Virus record (IMG/VR): IMGVR_UViG_3300040734_000108
Span: 1 to 38,346 of that record
DNA length: 38,346 nucleotides
Direction: 5' to 3' (one strand)
From: a virus
Lineage: Duplodnaviria > Caudoviricetes
The first letter of the stretch is position 1. The number at the start of each line of letters is the position of its first letter. Made by a program: the position numbers and the translations under genes. The notes under the pieces were generated by a model. That model did not search any database, was not told the DNA's origin, and was given only the letters and a program-made list of their open reading frames with translations. Shown in pieces: positions 26,578 through 35,033 of the stretch.

Positions 26578-26850
26578 ATGTTCACATTCTCAAAACAACC
26601 GGGCGAGACCATCGCCGATATCGGCATCGATTTCACCACCAGGTTCCCCTCCGGAGCGACCATCGTCAGCCACACTGTCACCTGCGCAACCGAGGGTATC
26701 GTGGTTTCCAGTCGGGTCAACGGCATGCAGGTGCTGGCAACGCTCACCGGTGGGGAAGATGGCCAGCGCTACAAGATCGAATACAGTGCCACCGGCTCTA
26801 ACGGTTCAATCAGGATGGCGGAAATTATGCTTACCATAAAAGAATTATAG
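26578..26850 (+). CDS. Small Ig-like fibre adaptor protein
   Basis: F.KQP.E..D..IDF...GG.DG..YKI......NG pattern. Confidence 0.7.
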   Translation: MFTFSKQPGETIADIGIDFTTRFPSGATIVSHTVTCATEGIVVSSRVNGMQVLATLTGGEDGQRYKIEYSATGSNGSIRMAEIMLTIKEL

Positions 26851-26865
26851 AGAGGTCTCACGACA

Positions 26866-26907
26866 TAAAGCGCTTTACTGTCAACATGTTGTCCCCTTTG
26901 CTAAGGT
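26866..26907 (+). promoter_or_regulatory. Putative late promoter (tail operon)
   Basis: TAAA-GCGC-TTTA, 21 nt, TGC-TAAGGT. Confidence 0.75.
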
Positions 26908-26932
26908 CGTCCGAAACAGGACGACCTTTTTT
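26903..26932 (+). terminator. Intrinsic terminator ending the head/neck operon
   Basis: AAGGTCGTCC-GAAACA-GGACGACCTT then TTTT. Confidence 0.8.
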
Positions 26933-26951
26933 CGTTTTAAAGGAGCCATGA

Positions 26952-27149
26952 ATGATCGTTCAAACAACTCCGGGCGTGAAATGCCCGATGGAGAACAACC
27001 CCAGGGAATACATCACGGACGCCGAACCGGTGGAGGTGCCGGACACGGCCTACTACCGCCGGCTGGTGGCTGACGGCAGCCTGGTGGAAATCCCCCCCGC
27101 CCCCCCTTTCGTAAAGGGGGGAGGCAAAGCCAAAGGAGGTGACGCCTGA
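26952..27149 (+). CDS. gp38-like protein (DUF2635)
   Basis: P.E.NPR.YI, V.VPDT.YYRRLV.DG.L; AAGGAG RBS; precedes sheath. Confidence 0.9.
   Translation: MIVQTTPGVKCPMENNPREYITDAEPVEVPDTAYYRRLVADGSLVEIPPAPPFVKGGGKAKGGDA
27088..27124. repeat. Single family B REP-like unit, in-frame in gp38
   Basis: AAATCCCCCCCGCCCCCCCTTTCGTAAAGGGGGGAG matches 5709-5743; encodes EIPPAPPFVKGG. Confidence 0.8.
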
Positions 27150-28567
27150 TGGCCAGCAAGAACATCAGCTTTGACAGTATCCCCAGCAGTATCCGCAAAC
27201 CGGGCAAATACTTCGAATTCAATACCCGCCTGGCGGTGCGGACCCTGCCCAACAACAAGCAGCGCATGCTGATCGTGGCCCAGCGGCTGACCGCCGGGAG
27301 CGTGGCGGCCCTCGTGCCCACCACGGTCTTCAGCGACAGCCAGGCGGCGGATTACTTCGGCTCCGGCTCCCTGGCGCACCTGATGTGCCGGGCCGCCATC
27401 AAGGCCAATCCCTACCTGGATCTGACCGTGTGCGCCCTGGACGACGGCGCCGGGGTGGCGGCCACCGGCACCATCACCATCGCCAACGCCGCCACCTCCA
27501 GCGGCACGCTCAAGCTGTATATCGGCAGCCGCTACGTGGAGATCGCCATCGCCTCGGGCGATGCGGCCACGGCAGTGGCCACGGCGCTCAATACCGCCAT
27601 CGGCGCCGTTGCCGACCTGCCGGTAACCGCCTCGGCCAACGCGGCAGTGGTGACCCTGACCGCCCGCAACAAGGGGACCATCGGCAACCAGATCGACGTG
27701 GTGGCCGACGTGACCGCCAAGGGTACCACGGCCACGGTGGTGGCCATGGCTAGCGGCACCATCGACCCGGACGTCTCCACGGCCCTGGCCAAGGTGTACG
27801 GCTCCCAGTACGACATCATCGTCACCCCCTACAACGACCAGACCAGCATCGGGGCGCTGAAGACTCACCTGGACGGTGTCAGCGGCGCGCTGGAGCAGCG
27901 CCCGGGCTGCGGGGTCTACGCCCAGGACGTGGCCCTGGCCACCGCCACCACCTTGGCCGGACAGATCAACAGCGGCCGGATCGTGGCCGCCTACCTGCGG
28001 GGGACGAAGAGCGTCAGCTTCGAGATCGCGGCAGCCTTTGGGGCGGTGATGGCATACGAGGAGGATCCGGCCCGACCGCTGAACACCCTGGCCTTGACCG
28101 GCATCGCCGCTCCCTCCATCGACCAGCGTTTGAGCCGAACCGAACAGGAGAACTGCCTGGCCAACGGCGTCACCCCGCTGGAGGTGGGACCGGGCGAGGT
28201 GGTGCAGATCGTGCGGGCCATCAGCACCTACACCAAGGACGCCAACAACATCGCCGACGTGTCCCTTCTGGATATCACCACCATCCGCACCCTGGACTAC
28301 GTGCGCAAGGCGTGCCGCGAGCGGATCTCCCTGCGTTTCCCCCGGGAGAAGCTCTCCAGCAAGACCCCGCCCAAGGTCAGGAGCGAACTCCTGGACGTGC
28401 TGAAGAAACTGGAGGAACTGGAGATCGTGGAGGAAGTGGACGCCAACAAGGACGGCCTGCTGGTGGAACGGGATCTCCAGGACGCCAACCGGCTGAATGC
28501 CAAGATCCCCACCGACGTGGTCAATGGTCTGCACGTGTTCGCAGGCAGGATCGATTTGCTGCTGTAA
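27149..28567 (+). CDS. Tail sheath protein (Mu gpL-like)
   Basis: IP..IR.PG.Y.EF, FG.GS..H.M, DPARPLNTL.L, I.R.I.TY, LDI.TIRTL.Y. Confidence 0.96.
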   Translation: MASKNISFDSIPSSIRKPGKYFEFNTRLAVRTLPNNKQRMLIVAQRLTAGSVAALVPTTVFSDSQAADYFGSGSLAHLMCRAAIKANPYLDLTVCALDDGAGVAATGTITIANAATSSGTLKLYIGSRYVEIAIASGDAATAVATALNTAIGAVADLPVTASANAAVVTLTARNKGTIGNQIDVVADVTAKGTTATVVAMASGTIDPDVSTALAKVYGSQYDIIVTPYNDQTSIGALKTHLDGVSGALEQRPGCGVYAQDVALATATTLAGQINSGRIVAAYLRGTKSVSFEIAAAFGAVMAYEEDPARPLNTLALTGIAAPSIDQRLSRTEQENCLANGVTPLEVGPGEVVQIVRAISTYTKDANNIADVSLLDITTIRTLDYVRKACRERISLRFPREKLSSKTPPKVRSELLDVLKKLEELEIVEEVDANKDGLLVERDLQDANRLNAKIPTDVVNGLHVFAGRIDLLL

Positions 28568-28577
28568 ACGGCTAAGG

Positions 28578-28639
28578 GTGAGGAGTGAAACGTGAAGGGT
28601 GAGGAGTAAAACCTCACCCTTCACCCCTCACTCTTCACG
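28578..28639. repeat. Heptamer inverted repeat family C
   Basis: GTGAGGA-type arm and CCTCAC-type arm between sheath and tube. Confidence 0.85.
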
Positions 28640-28655
28640 AATGAAAGGAGTTTTC

Positions 28656-29015
28656 ATGAGTGAATACGTTTCCGCCGTGACCCTGGAGGTGAACGGCCAG
28701 GAAATTACCGATTTCAAGAGCGTCACCGAAGGTAGCCGCACCCTGCGCAAGCAGGTCAACCTGATGAACAAGACCGGTCACACCAACGTCACCCCCCGCT
28801 TCACCGCGGATGTGGAGTACGTGGTGCCGAAAGACGCCAGCGAGTTCGATTTCGACAGCGTGGTGGGGGGCACACTGACCATCGATAAGGGGAACGGCGT
28901 GCGGGTGCAGTACGGCGGCGTGGCCTGCCTGGAGGTGGGAGAGACCAAGTACGACGGAGACAACGAGGCGACACGGCAGATCAAGTTCTCGGCCGAGACC
29001 AGGACGGAGGGGTAA
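28656..29015 (+). CDS. Tail tube protein
   Basis: AAGGAG RBS; 119 aa beta-rich; follows the sheath. Confidence 0.85.
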   Translation: MSEYVSAVTLEVNGQEITDFKSVTEGSRTLRKQVNLMNKTGHTNVTPRFTADVEYVVPKDASEFDFDSVVGGTLTIDKGNGVRVQYGGVACLEVGETKYDGDNEATRQIKFSAETRTEG

Positions 29016-29018
29016 GGG

Positions 29019-29480
29019 ATGAACCTGGAACAGCTGAAGGCGGGGGTGAATAACTCGAAAGATGTGAGCTTGTGCGGCGGTTTATTCCGGTTGCGGGTTC
29101 TGTCGGAAGCGGAGCTACTCCAATGCCGGGCCGATGCCCTGAAAGACGCGGTACGCACCGGGCAGGACGATGAAGGCACTATGGTAACTCAAGTGCTGCG
29201 GCAACTGTATCTGGCGCTGGACGATGGAGAAGGGAAACGCCCGGCGGCTTCATTTGGGCAGTTCACACGCCTGATTACCAGGGCCGAGCGGGAATACCTG
29301 GTGGATGAATATCTGTCCCTGGAGCGGGAATGTTCGCCGGCTCTGGAAACCATGACCGAGGATGAATTCAACGGCATCCTGGATGGGGTAAAAAAAAGCC
29401 CGGATTTGTTCTTGAATGTCTCAAATACAGACTTGTTGAGAAGGCTGGCAAGGTATTTGGAAAACCTGCCACCGAGCTGA
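29019..29480 (+). CDS. Tail assembly chaperone (with predicted -1 frameshift extension to 29581)
   Basis: Between tube and tape measure; A8G run at 29390-29398. Confidence 0.82.
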   Translation: MNLEQLKAGVNNSKDVSLCGGLFRLRVLSEAELLQCRADALKDAVRTGQDDEGTMVTQVLRQLYLALDDGEGKRPAASFGQFTRLITRAEREYLVDEYLSLERECSPALETMTEDEFNGILDGVKKSPDLFLNVSNTDLLRRLARYLENLPPS

Positions 29481-29562
29481 CCAGCGGGCAGTGGCTGTAC
29501 CTGCTGCTGATGGAGAAGGCTGACCGCGAGCCGGACCGGACCGATCCCCCGGGCGAGAAAAC

Positions 29563-29763
29563 CTATCTGGTGATGCGGTAGCAGAAGAACAGGAAGGCAA
29601 AGGGGATTGCAGCCAGGGCAATGCCGGCGGCCGTGAACCCGCTGGCAAGAAGCGAAGCAGCACAGATCCAGCAGACGGCGACGCATACGCCCGACCAGCC
29701 GAGCAGGCCGGAAGCGCCCCAGAGGAGCATGGCCATGGGAATGATAATGACGAGGTATTGCAT
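29563..29763 (-). CDS. Small antisense membrane protein (66 aa, moron-like)
   Basis: Almost wholly hydrophobic; own promoter TTGACA(29799-29794)-17-TACGCT(29776-29771). Confidence 0.65.
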   Translation of the reverse strand: MQYLVIIIPMAMLLWGASGLLGWSGVCVAVCWICAASLLASGFTAAGIALAAIPFAFLFFCYRITR

Positions 29764-29792
29764 GCCATACAGCGTAGCGGGAAGGGGCTGAA

Positions 29793-31577
29793 ATGTCAAA
29801 CATGGCGCTGATGCTGGCACTGGCGGTGACGGGGACCGCTCAGGCCGGACGCGATCTGCGTTCCTTCTCCGATACCGGTGTCAGGTCGGCCAACCGCATG
29901 GCATCGGCCTGGAAACGCGGCGGCAACATCATGTCCGATTCCATGAGGGGCATGGCCAAGGCGGCGGCCATGGTGGGCGGTTTCAGCGCGATAAGGAGCA
30001 TCATCGCCGATGTGGCCGAGTTCGACAAGGGATTGTCGGAACTGCGCCAGACCGGCCAGATCAGCGCCAGGGTACTGGCAGGTATCCGCAAGGATATCCT
30101 GGGGAGCGCGAGAGAGGTGCTGCAACTGCCCGAGGCCCAGCTGGCCGCCTATCAGCAGATGGTGGCCGCCGGTCTCGATCCCTCGCTGGTACAGGCCAAC
30201 ATGAAGGCGCTCTCCATCGCCGCGTCCGGGTCCTTCTCCGATCTGAACGACATGGCCTCCACAGCCATCGATCTGATCCAGAAGATGAACATCAGGCCCG
30301 AGGGGATGTCCCAGGCCCTGGACAGCATGATCATGGGCTCGCGCCTGGGTAAGTTCGAGATGAAGGATATGGCCCGTTACATCCCCAAGGTAGCATCCGA
30401 CATGCAGCGTTTCGGCATCGTCGGCCAGCGCGGCGTGGCCCAGATGACCGCCATGCTGCAAGTGGCCCGGATGAACACGGCCCTGCCGGAGGAAGCCGCC
30501 ACCAATTTACAGAACTTCTTCGGCCATATCGTCATGTACTCCAAGGACATGAAGAAACATCTGGGTATCAATATCCTGGATTACTTCGATTTCAAGAGCG
30601 GCAAGCTGAAGGCGGGCAAGGAGATCGAGGATTTCTTCCAGGAGATCATCGCCAAGTCCGGCGGATCGATGATGAAGCTGGAGGCGGCGGGCATCCGCGA
30701 TATCCAGGCCAAGGCGTTTATCCAGGCCATGATGCAGAACTATAGGGAATATGAACTCATCCGCGACAAGGCGCTGAATGACGGAGGGGGTGCTGCGAAG
30801 CGCTCGTTCGACGAGGTGCAGGGTGATACCTGGGCGCAGTTGAAAAAATCGGAGATCGATCGGTCGACGGCGCTCAAGAGCGAGCCGGCGGCAAAAGGGG
30901 CCGCTGCTGCTTCCGGGGCGCTGTCCTCTGTTACCGGTTGGGCTGTGAACCATCCGGTCAAGGCCGCGCTGGCTGCCGTCAGCATGGTCGCCGGCGGTTA
31001 CGGCCTAGTGCGCATGGCGAAGGGATTCATGGCGGGCAGGGGCGGCGACGTGGGTAATGCCATCAGCGGGGCGCTGGGGGGTGGGGGAACACCTCTTCCC
31101 GTATTCGTGACCAATTGGCCCGGCGGGGGCGCTTCCCGATCGATTCCCGGCGGCGGTGGACCATTCAACCCCACGGAATGGGGGGGAAGCGCCCGGTCAG
31201 CCGGACAGGCAACTACCACGGTGGCCAGAACGGTGGCCAGCAAGATTATGCCCTTTATTAAAACAGTCGGAGCGTTGGCCATGGCGGCGCCTCTGGAGGT
31301 TGCGGCATCCGCTGCTGGTGGCTATGCCATAGGGTCGGTAATCGAGAAGAAGTTCATCAAGGGGGCTATCGGTGAGGCGCTCTACGACCTGATCCATGGG
31401 ACCGAGCGTAAAAGCGATCTTAAAACCGAACTTAAAAACGACATCAGGATCGAACTCAACATCGACGGATCACAGCGAGTCATGTCCGCGACCCCCGGCA
31501 TGAATAACAGAATCAGCGTCATGAAGCGCGGCTCGTTCTTCGACGCCATGACCACCACGGCGGGGATGGGGTATTAA
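29793..31577 (+). CDS. Tail tape measure protein
   Basis: Ala/Gly-rich helical; G.FE.KDMA.Y.P, EAATNL.N, PVFVTNW motifs. Confidence 0.93.
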   Translation: MSNMALMLALAVTGTAQAGRDLRSFSDTGVRSANRMASAWKRGGNIMSDSMRGMAKAAAMVGGFSAIRSIIADVAEFDKGLSELRQTGQISARVLAGIRKDILGSAREVLQLPEAQLAAYQQMVAAGLDPSLVQANMKALSIAASGSFSDLNDMASTAIDLIQKMNIRPEGMSQALDSMIMGSRLGKFEMKDMARYIPKVASDMQRFGIVGQRGVAQMTAMLQVARMNTALPEEAATNLQNFFGHIVMYSKDMKKHLGINILDYFDFKSGKLKAGKEIEDFFQEIIAKSGGSMMKLEAAGIRDIQAKAFIQAMMQNYREYELIRDKALNDGGGAAKRSFDEVQGDTWAQLKKSEIDRSTALKSEPAAKGAAAASGALSSVTGWAVNHPVKAALAAVSMVAGGYGLVRMAKGFMAGRGGDVGNAISGALGGGGTPLPVFVTNWPGGGASRSIPGGGGPFNPTEWGGSARSAGQATTTVARTVASKIMPFIKTVGALAMAAPLEVAASAAGGYAIGSVIEKKFIKGAIGEALYDLIHGTERKSDLKTELKNDIRIELNIDGSQRVMSATPGMNNRISVMKRGSFFDAMTTTAGMGY

Positions 31578-31579
31578 CG

Positions 31580-31648
31580 GTGAAGAGTGAGACGTGAGGA
31601 GTGAGGAGTGAGGAGCGCAAACTCACCCCTTACCCTTTACTCCTCACG
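31580..31648. repeat. Heptamer inverted repeat family C
   Basis: (GTGAGGA)x3 arm and complementary arm after the tape measure stop. Confidence 0.85.
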
Positions 31649-31657
31649 GAAAAAACA

Positions 31658-32941
31658 ATGGCTGATACCTACTTCGCATACCTGGACAATACCCGGCTGG
31701 AGATGGAGACCATCGACGATACGTTCGAGAAGTCCATCGTGCGGCACGAGTTCCCCTTCCGGGACGGGGCGCTGCTGGAGGATATGGGACAGAAGGCCCG
31801 GACCGTCCGGCTGCGCTGCTATTTCTGGGACGACGGTGGCGATCACGCCACCTACGACGACCACATCCTGCTGATCAACCACCTGGCATCCCGCGAGCTG
31901 TTCGAACTGGACCACCCCATGTACGGCATCATGAAGGGGGGCGTGGAACAGGTCAACACTCGCCACGATGACAGTGAGCGCACCGTCATCGTGGACATCA
32001 CCTTCGTGGAGAACCTGCGGGGCGAGATCGAACCGGCGGAACAGGCCGATGTGGAGGCCGAGGCGGAAGCGGCCTTTGTCGATGTCCAGGAGCGGATGAT
32101 GGACAGCTTCTCCGAGGGACTGCGGGACGTGCTGGGACCGGAGGCGGCGGGTATCCTGGACAAAACCCTGGACGCATCCAAGGGGGTATTGGAACAGTTT
32201 CAGAACGTATCCCTGGCGGCCCGGAACTATCTGAAAAAGGTGGATACGTTCGTCTCCACGGTGGAATCGACCCTGACCGAGATCGCCAACCCGGCCAACA
32301 GCCTGATCTCCACCATCAACTTTGGCACCAATCTCCCCGGAAGGGTAATCGGCGGCTTGACCCGCTGCGTGGAGCGCTACGCCGTGCTGTACGATACGCT
32401 CACCAATGCCCCGGCCCGCTTCGCCGACAGCTTCAACCTGGCCGCGCTGGCGCTGGAACGAACCCTGGGGTTCGGGGAGTCACACGTGAGTTCCGCCGCG
32501 TCGGCCCAGGCCGGATTGACCATGGCCGGGCTGTATAAGGCCGACGAGGAAAACCGTCAGACCCTGAGGAGGAGGGAAAAGAGCGCCGGGTTCGATCTCT
32601 CCGGAACCTACACAACGCCGGAAACGGCGGACCCGGTGATGAACGTGCGGGATCTGGAACAGTCCCTGGCTACCGTGCGGACCATGATCCAGCGGGCCGT
32701 TGACCAAGACCGGCGCCAGGAGGGGCTGAAGAACATGGCCCGGCAATTGCTGGAACATGTCAACAGCGTGAAACTGGAGCGGGAGAAGATCGTGGCGGTG
32801 GATCTGGACAACGTCATGCCGCTGCACCTGGTCTGCCTGAAATACGGCCTCCCTTACAACACGGCCGAGCGGATCCACTCCATCAACCACATCAAGAATC
32901 CCAGCTTCGCGCACGGCCAGGTATCCATCTATGCCCGATAA
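31658..32941 (+). CDS. DNA circularisation protein (Mu gpN-like)
   Basis: RHEFPFRDGA.LEDMG, L.HP.YG, C-terminal P...V...YG...N.I.NPSF. Confidence 0.92.
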   Translation: MADTYFAYLDNTRLEMETIDDTFEKSIVRHEFPFRDGALLEDMGQKARTVRLRCYFWDDGGDHATYDDHILLINHLASRELFELDHPMYGIMKGGVEQVNTRHDDSERTVIVDITFVENLRGEIEPAEQADVEAEAEAAFVDVQERMMDSFSEGLRDVLGPEAAGILDKTLDASKGVLEQFQNVSLAARNYLKKVDTFVSTVESTLTEIANPANSLISTINFGTNLPGRVIGGLTRCVERYAVLYDTLTNAPARFADSFNLAALALERTLGFGESHVSSAASAQAGLTMAGLYKADEENRQTLRRREKSAGFDLSGTYTTPETADPVMNVRDLEQSLATVRTMIQRAVDQDRRQEGLKNMARQLLEHVNSVKLEREKIVAVDLDNVMPLHLVCLKYGLPYNTAERIHSINHIKNPSFAHGQVSIYAR

Positions 32942-33998
32942 TATCGCGCTTATGGTGAACGGCGTGAAAATCACCAACTTCGAGAGCTACACGGTTGAGG
33001 CGGACCTGTACACCGCCGATGACGCCTTCAGTCTGGAACTGTCCAATCCGGAGACATCGATCACGCCCGGCCTGAAATGCGAACTGTTTGTTAACGGCAC
33101 GCGCGAATTGACCGGGATCATCGATCGGGTGTCAAAATCCTACGACAAGTCCGGGACCAAGCTGCGGGTGGAGGGGCGGGATCTGATGGGGCTGCTGGTG
33201 GACTCCTGCTGCACGAAATTCATGGACGTGCAGGGCAAAACGGTAAAACAACTGGCGGAACTTCTCCTGGCGGATATTCCCTTCATCAACCGAAAAGCGA
33301 TCGTCTACCAGGAGAATTTCGTGGGGCGGATGAAGGGGAAGAAACAGACCGTGAGCACACCGGCGGTGGGCTTCCTGGATACGCCCCAGAAGATAGCCCG
33401 CATCGAGCCGGGCATGACGGTGTTCGAGGTGCTCAAGACCTATGCCGCCAGCAGGGGGCTGATGTTCTGGGCCATGCCGGACGGAACCTTCGTCTTCGGC
33501 CGTCCCCTGGCAGGGGGGCAGCCGGCCTTTTCCGTGGAGGTCAGCCGGGAAAAGGGGAATGTGTCGGTGCTGGAGGGGGAGCTGACCCAGGACATTTCCA
33601 AGCGCTATTCCCGGGTGATCGTCCTCGGCCAGAGCCAGGGACACGAGGATCACGGTAGCGACGCGACCAAGGTGAACAGCAAGGCGACCAGGGATGACAC
33701 AACGTTCCCCTTCTACAAGCCGTTCGTGACGAAAATGACCAATGACAGCCAGAGCCCACCCCTGCACGCCCGGCTGCTCCTGGAGAAACAGAAACACGAC
33801 GGGTTCCAGCTGCAGTACCGGGCGCCGTTCCACTCCATTGGCGGCAGAAACTGGGGGATCAACCAGCTCTGCCGGGTGAAGGACGACGTGCTGGGCATCG
33901 ACGGTACCTATCTGATCTTCGGCCGCATCTTCGAACTGTCCAAGAGTGGCGGCAGCACAACCCGGCTGAAACTGGGCTATCCCGGCGTCGTGGCGTAG
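32931..33998 (+). CDS. Baseplate hub protein (Mu gpP/gp44-like)
   Basis: DL...D.F.L, TG.ID.V, GRD....LVD.., RYS...V.GQ. Confidence 0.93.
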   Translation: MPDNIALMVNGVKITNFESYTVEADLYTADDAFSLELSNPETSITPGLKCELFVNGTRELTGIIDRVSKSYDKSGTKLRVEGRDLMGLLVDSCCTKFMDVQGKTVKQLAELLLADIPFINRKAIVYQENFVGRMKGKKQTVSTPAVGFLDTPQKIARIEPGMTVFEVLKTYAASRGLMFWAMPDGTFVFGRPLAGGQPAFSVEVSREKGNVSVLEGELTQDISKRYSRVIVLGQSQGHEDHGSDATKVNSKATRDDTTFPFYKPFVTKMTNDSQSPPLHARLLLEKQKHDGFQLQYRAPFHSIGGRNWGINQLCRVKDDVLGIDGTYLIFGRIFELSKSGGSTTRLKLGYPGVVA

Positions 33999-34068
33999 GG
34001 GCAACCCCGTGTGGTTGCCCGTCTTTATGATTCAAAGCCCCAGGGCGGCCACATGGGGCCGCCCCTAC
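33995..34068. repeat. GTAG-family REP doublet (REPIN-like)
   Basis: GTAGGGGCAACCCCGTGTGGTTGCCC ... GGGCGGCCACATGGGGCCGCCCCTAC. Confidence 0.85.
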
Positions 34069-34088
34069 GGGGCCGGAGGGGAGGGTAT

Positions 34089-34658
34089 ATGATCCGGGGC
34101 ATCGTTACAGCGGTTATCGAAGGGGTGATCAAGCGTTTCTCCGCCTCCGGGCGTTCCGACGAGACCTTCGACAACCGGGAGTATTTCCAGCACTACGGCT
34201 TTACCTCACGGCCCCTCTCCGGCTCCGAGCTGATCATCATCCAGGAGGGAAACCAGATCGTGGCCATCGCCTCGGACGACCGTAGATACCGCCTGGCTCT
34301 GGAGAATGGCGAGGTGGCGCTGTACGACCATCTGGGACAGAGGATCCTGCTGAAGGCCGACGGCATCATGCAGGTGGTGGCCATCAACGAGATCCACGCC
34401 ACGGCGCCCCTGGTGACAGTGGTGGCCAGCACGAAGATTGTCCTGGATACACCGCTGGTCCACTGCACCGGCGACATGAGCATCTGCGGCGGTTTCACCA
34501 GCTCCGGCAGTTACGGCTCCAGCGGCGGCACGATCCAGACGCCTGGTGATGTCATCGACGGGGTGCGCAGCATGGCGGACGATCGAGCCATCTACAACGG
34601 CCACACCCATCCGGGCGATTCCGGCGGCACGACCGGCACGCCCAATCAGCAGGAATAA
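34089..34658 (+). CDS. Baseplate spike (Mu gp45/gpV-like)
   Basis: FQHYGFTSRP, DRRYR..L..GEVALYD, terminal YNGHTH; GGAGGG RBS. Confidence 0.93.
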   Translation: MIRGIVTAVIEGVIKRFSASGRSDETFDNREYFQHYGFTSRPLSGSELIIIQEGNQIVAIASDDRRYRLALENGEVALYDHLGQRILLKADGIMQVVAINEIHATAPLVTVVASTKIVLDTPLVHCTGDMSICGGFTSSGSYGSSGGTIQTPGDVIDGVRSMADDRAIYNGHTHPGDSGGTTGTPNQQE

Positions 34659-34661
34659 TCC

Positions 34662-35033
34662 ATGGATTTCGCCATCGACATCGACCCGAACACCGGCCTG
34701 GGAAGCATGACCTTCGACAAGGCCGACACTATCGCCAACAATGTCTGGCTCTCCCTGATGATCGACCGGGGCTCGTGGTTTTTTAACCCCGATTTCGGCA
34801 GCCGGCTGTACCTGCTGAAGCGGGCCAAGAATACGGAACGCACCGCGGCCCTGGCGCGGGAATACTGCCGCGAGGCGCTCCAGTGGCTACTGGACACGGG
34901 CAAGGCGACAGCGGTCCAGGTGTATTCGGAACGGGACCGTATCCAGGACATTCACCGCCTGAAGCTGCTGGTGGAGGTGACCCAGGCCAACGGCGAGGTG
35001 GTGAGTTTCGAGACCTTCGTGGAGGTGGTGTAA
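34662..35033 (+). CDS. Baseplate protein gp46
   Basis: GSRLYLL.R.K, A.EY..EALQWL.D.G.A. Confidence 0.92.
   Translation: MDFAIDIDPNTGLGSMTFDKADTIANNVWLSLMIDRGSWFFNPDFGSRLYLLKRAKNTERTAALAREYCREALQWLLDTGKATAVQVYSERDRIQDIHRLKLLVEVTQANGEVVSFETFVEVV

Noticed and set aside
27053-28624. 523-aa minus-strand ORF (likewise 14121-15293, 16794-17729, 19603-20499, 33132-34004)
   Set aside because: Shadow ORFs opposite well-supported structural genes
31601-31657. N-terminal extensions of gpN, tube (28599) and spike (34011) ORFs given in the ORF track
   Set aside because: They are translations of repeat elements; downstream ATGs (31658, 28656, 34089) fit better
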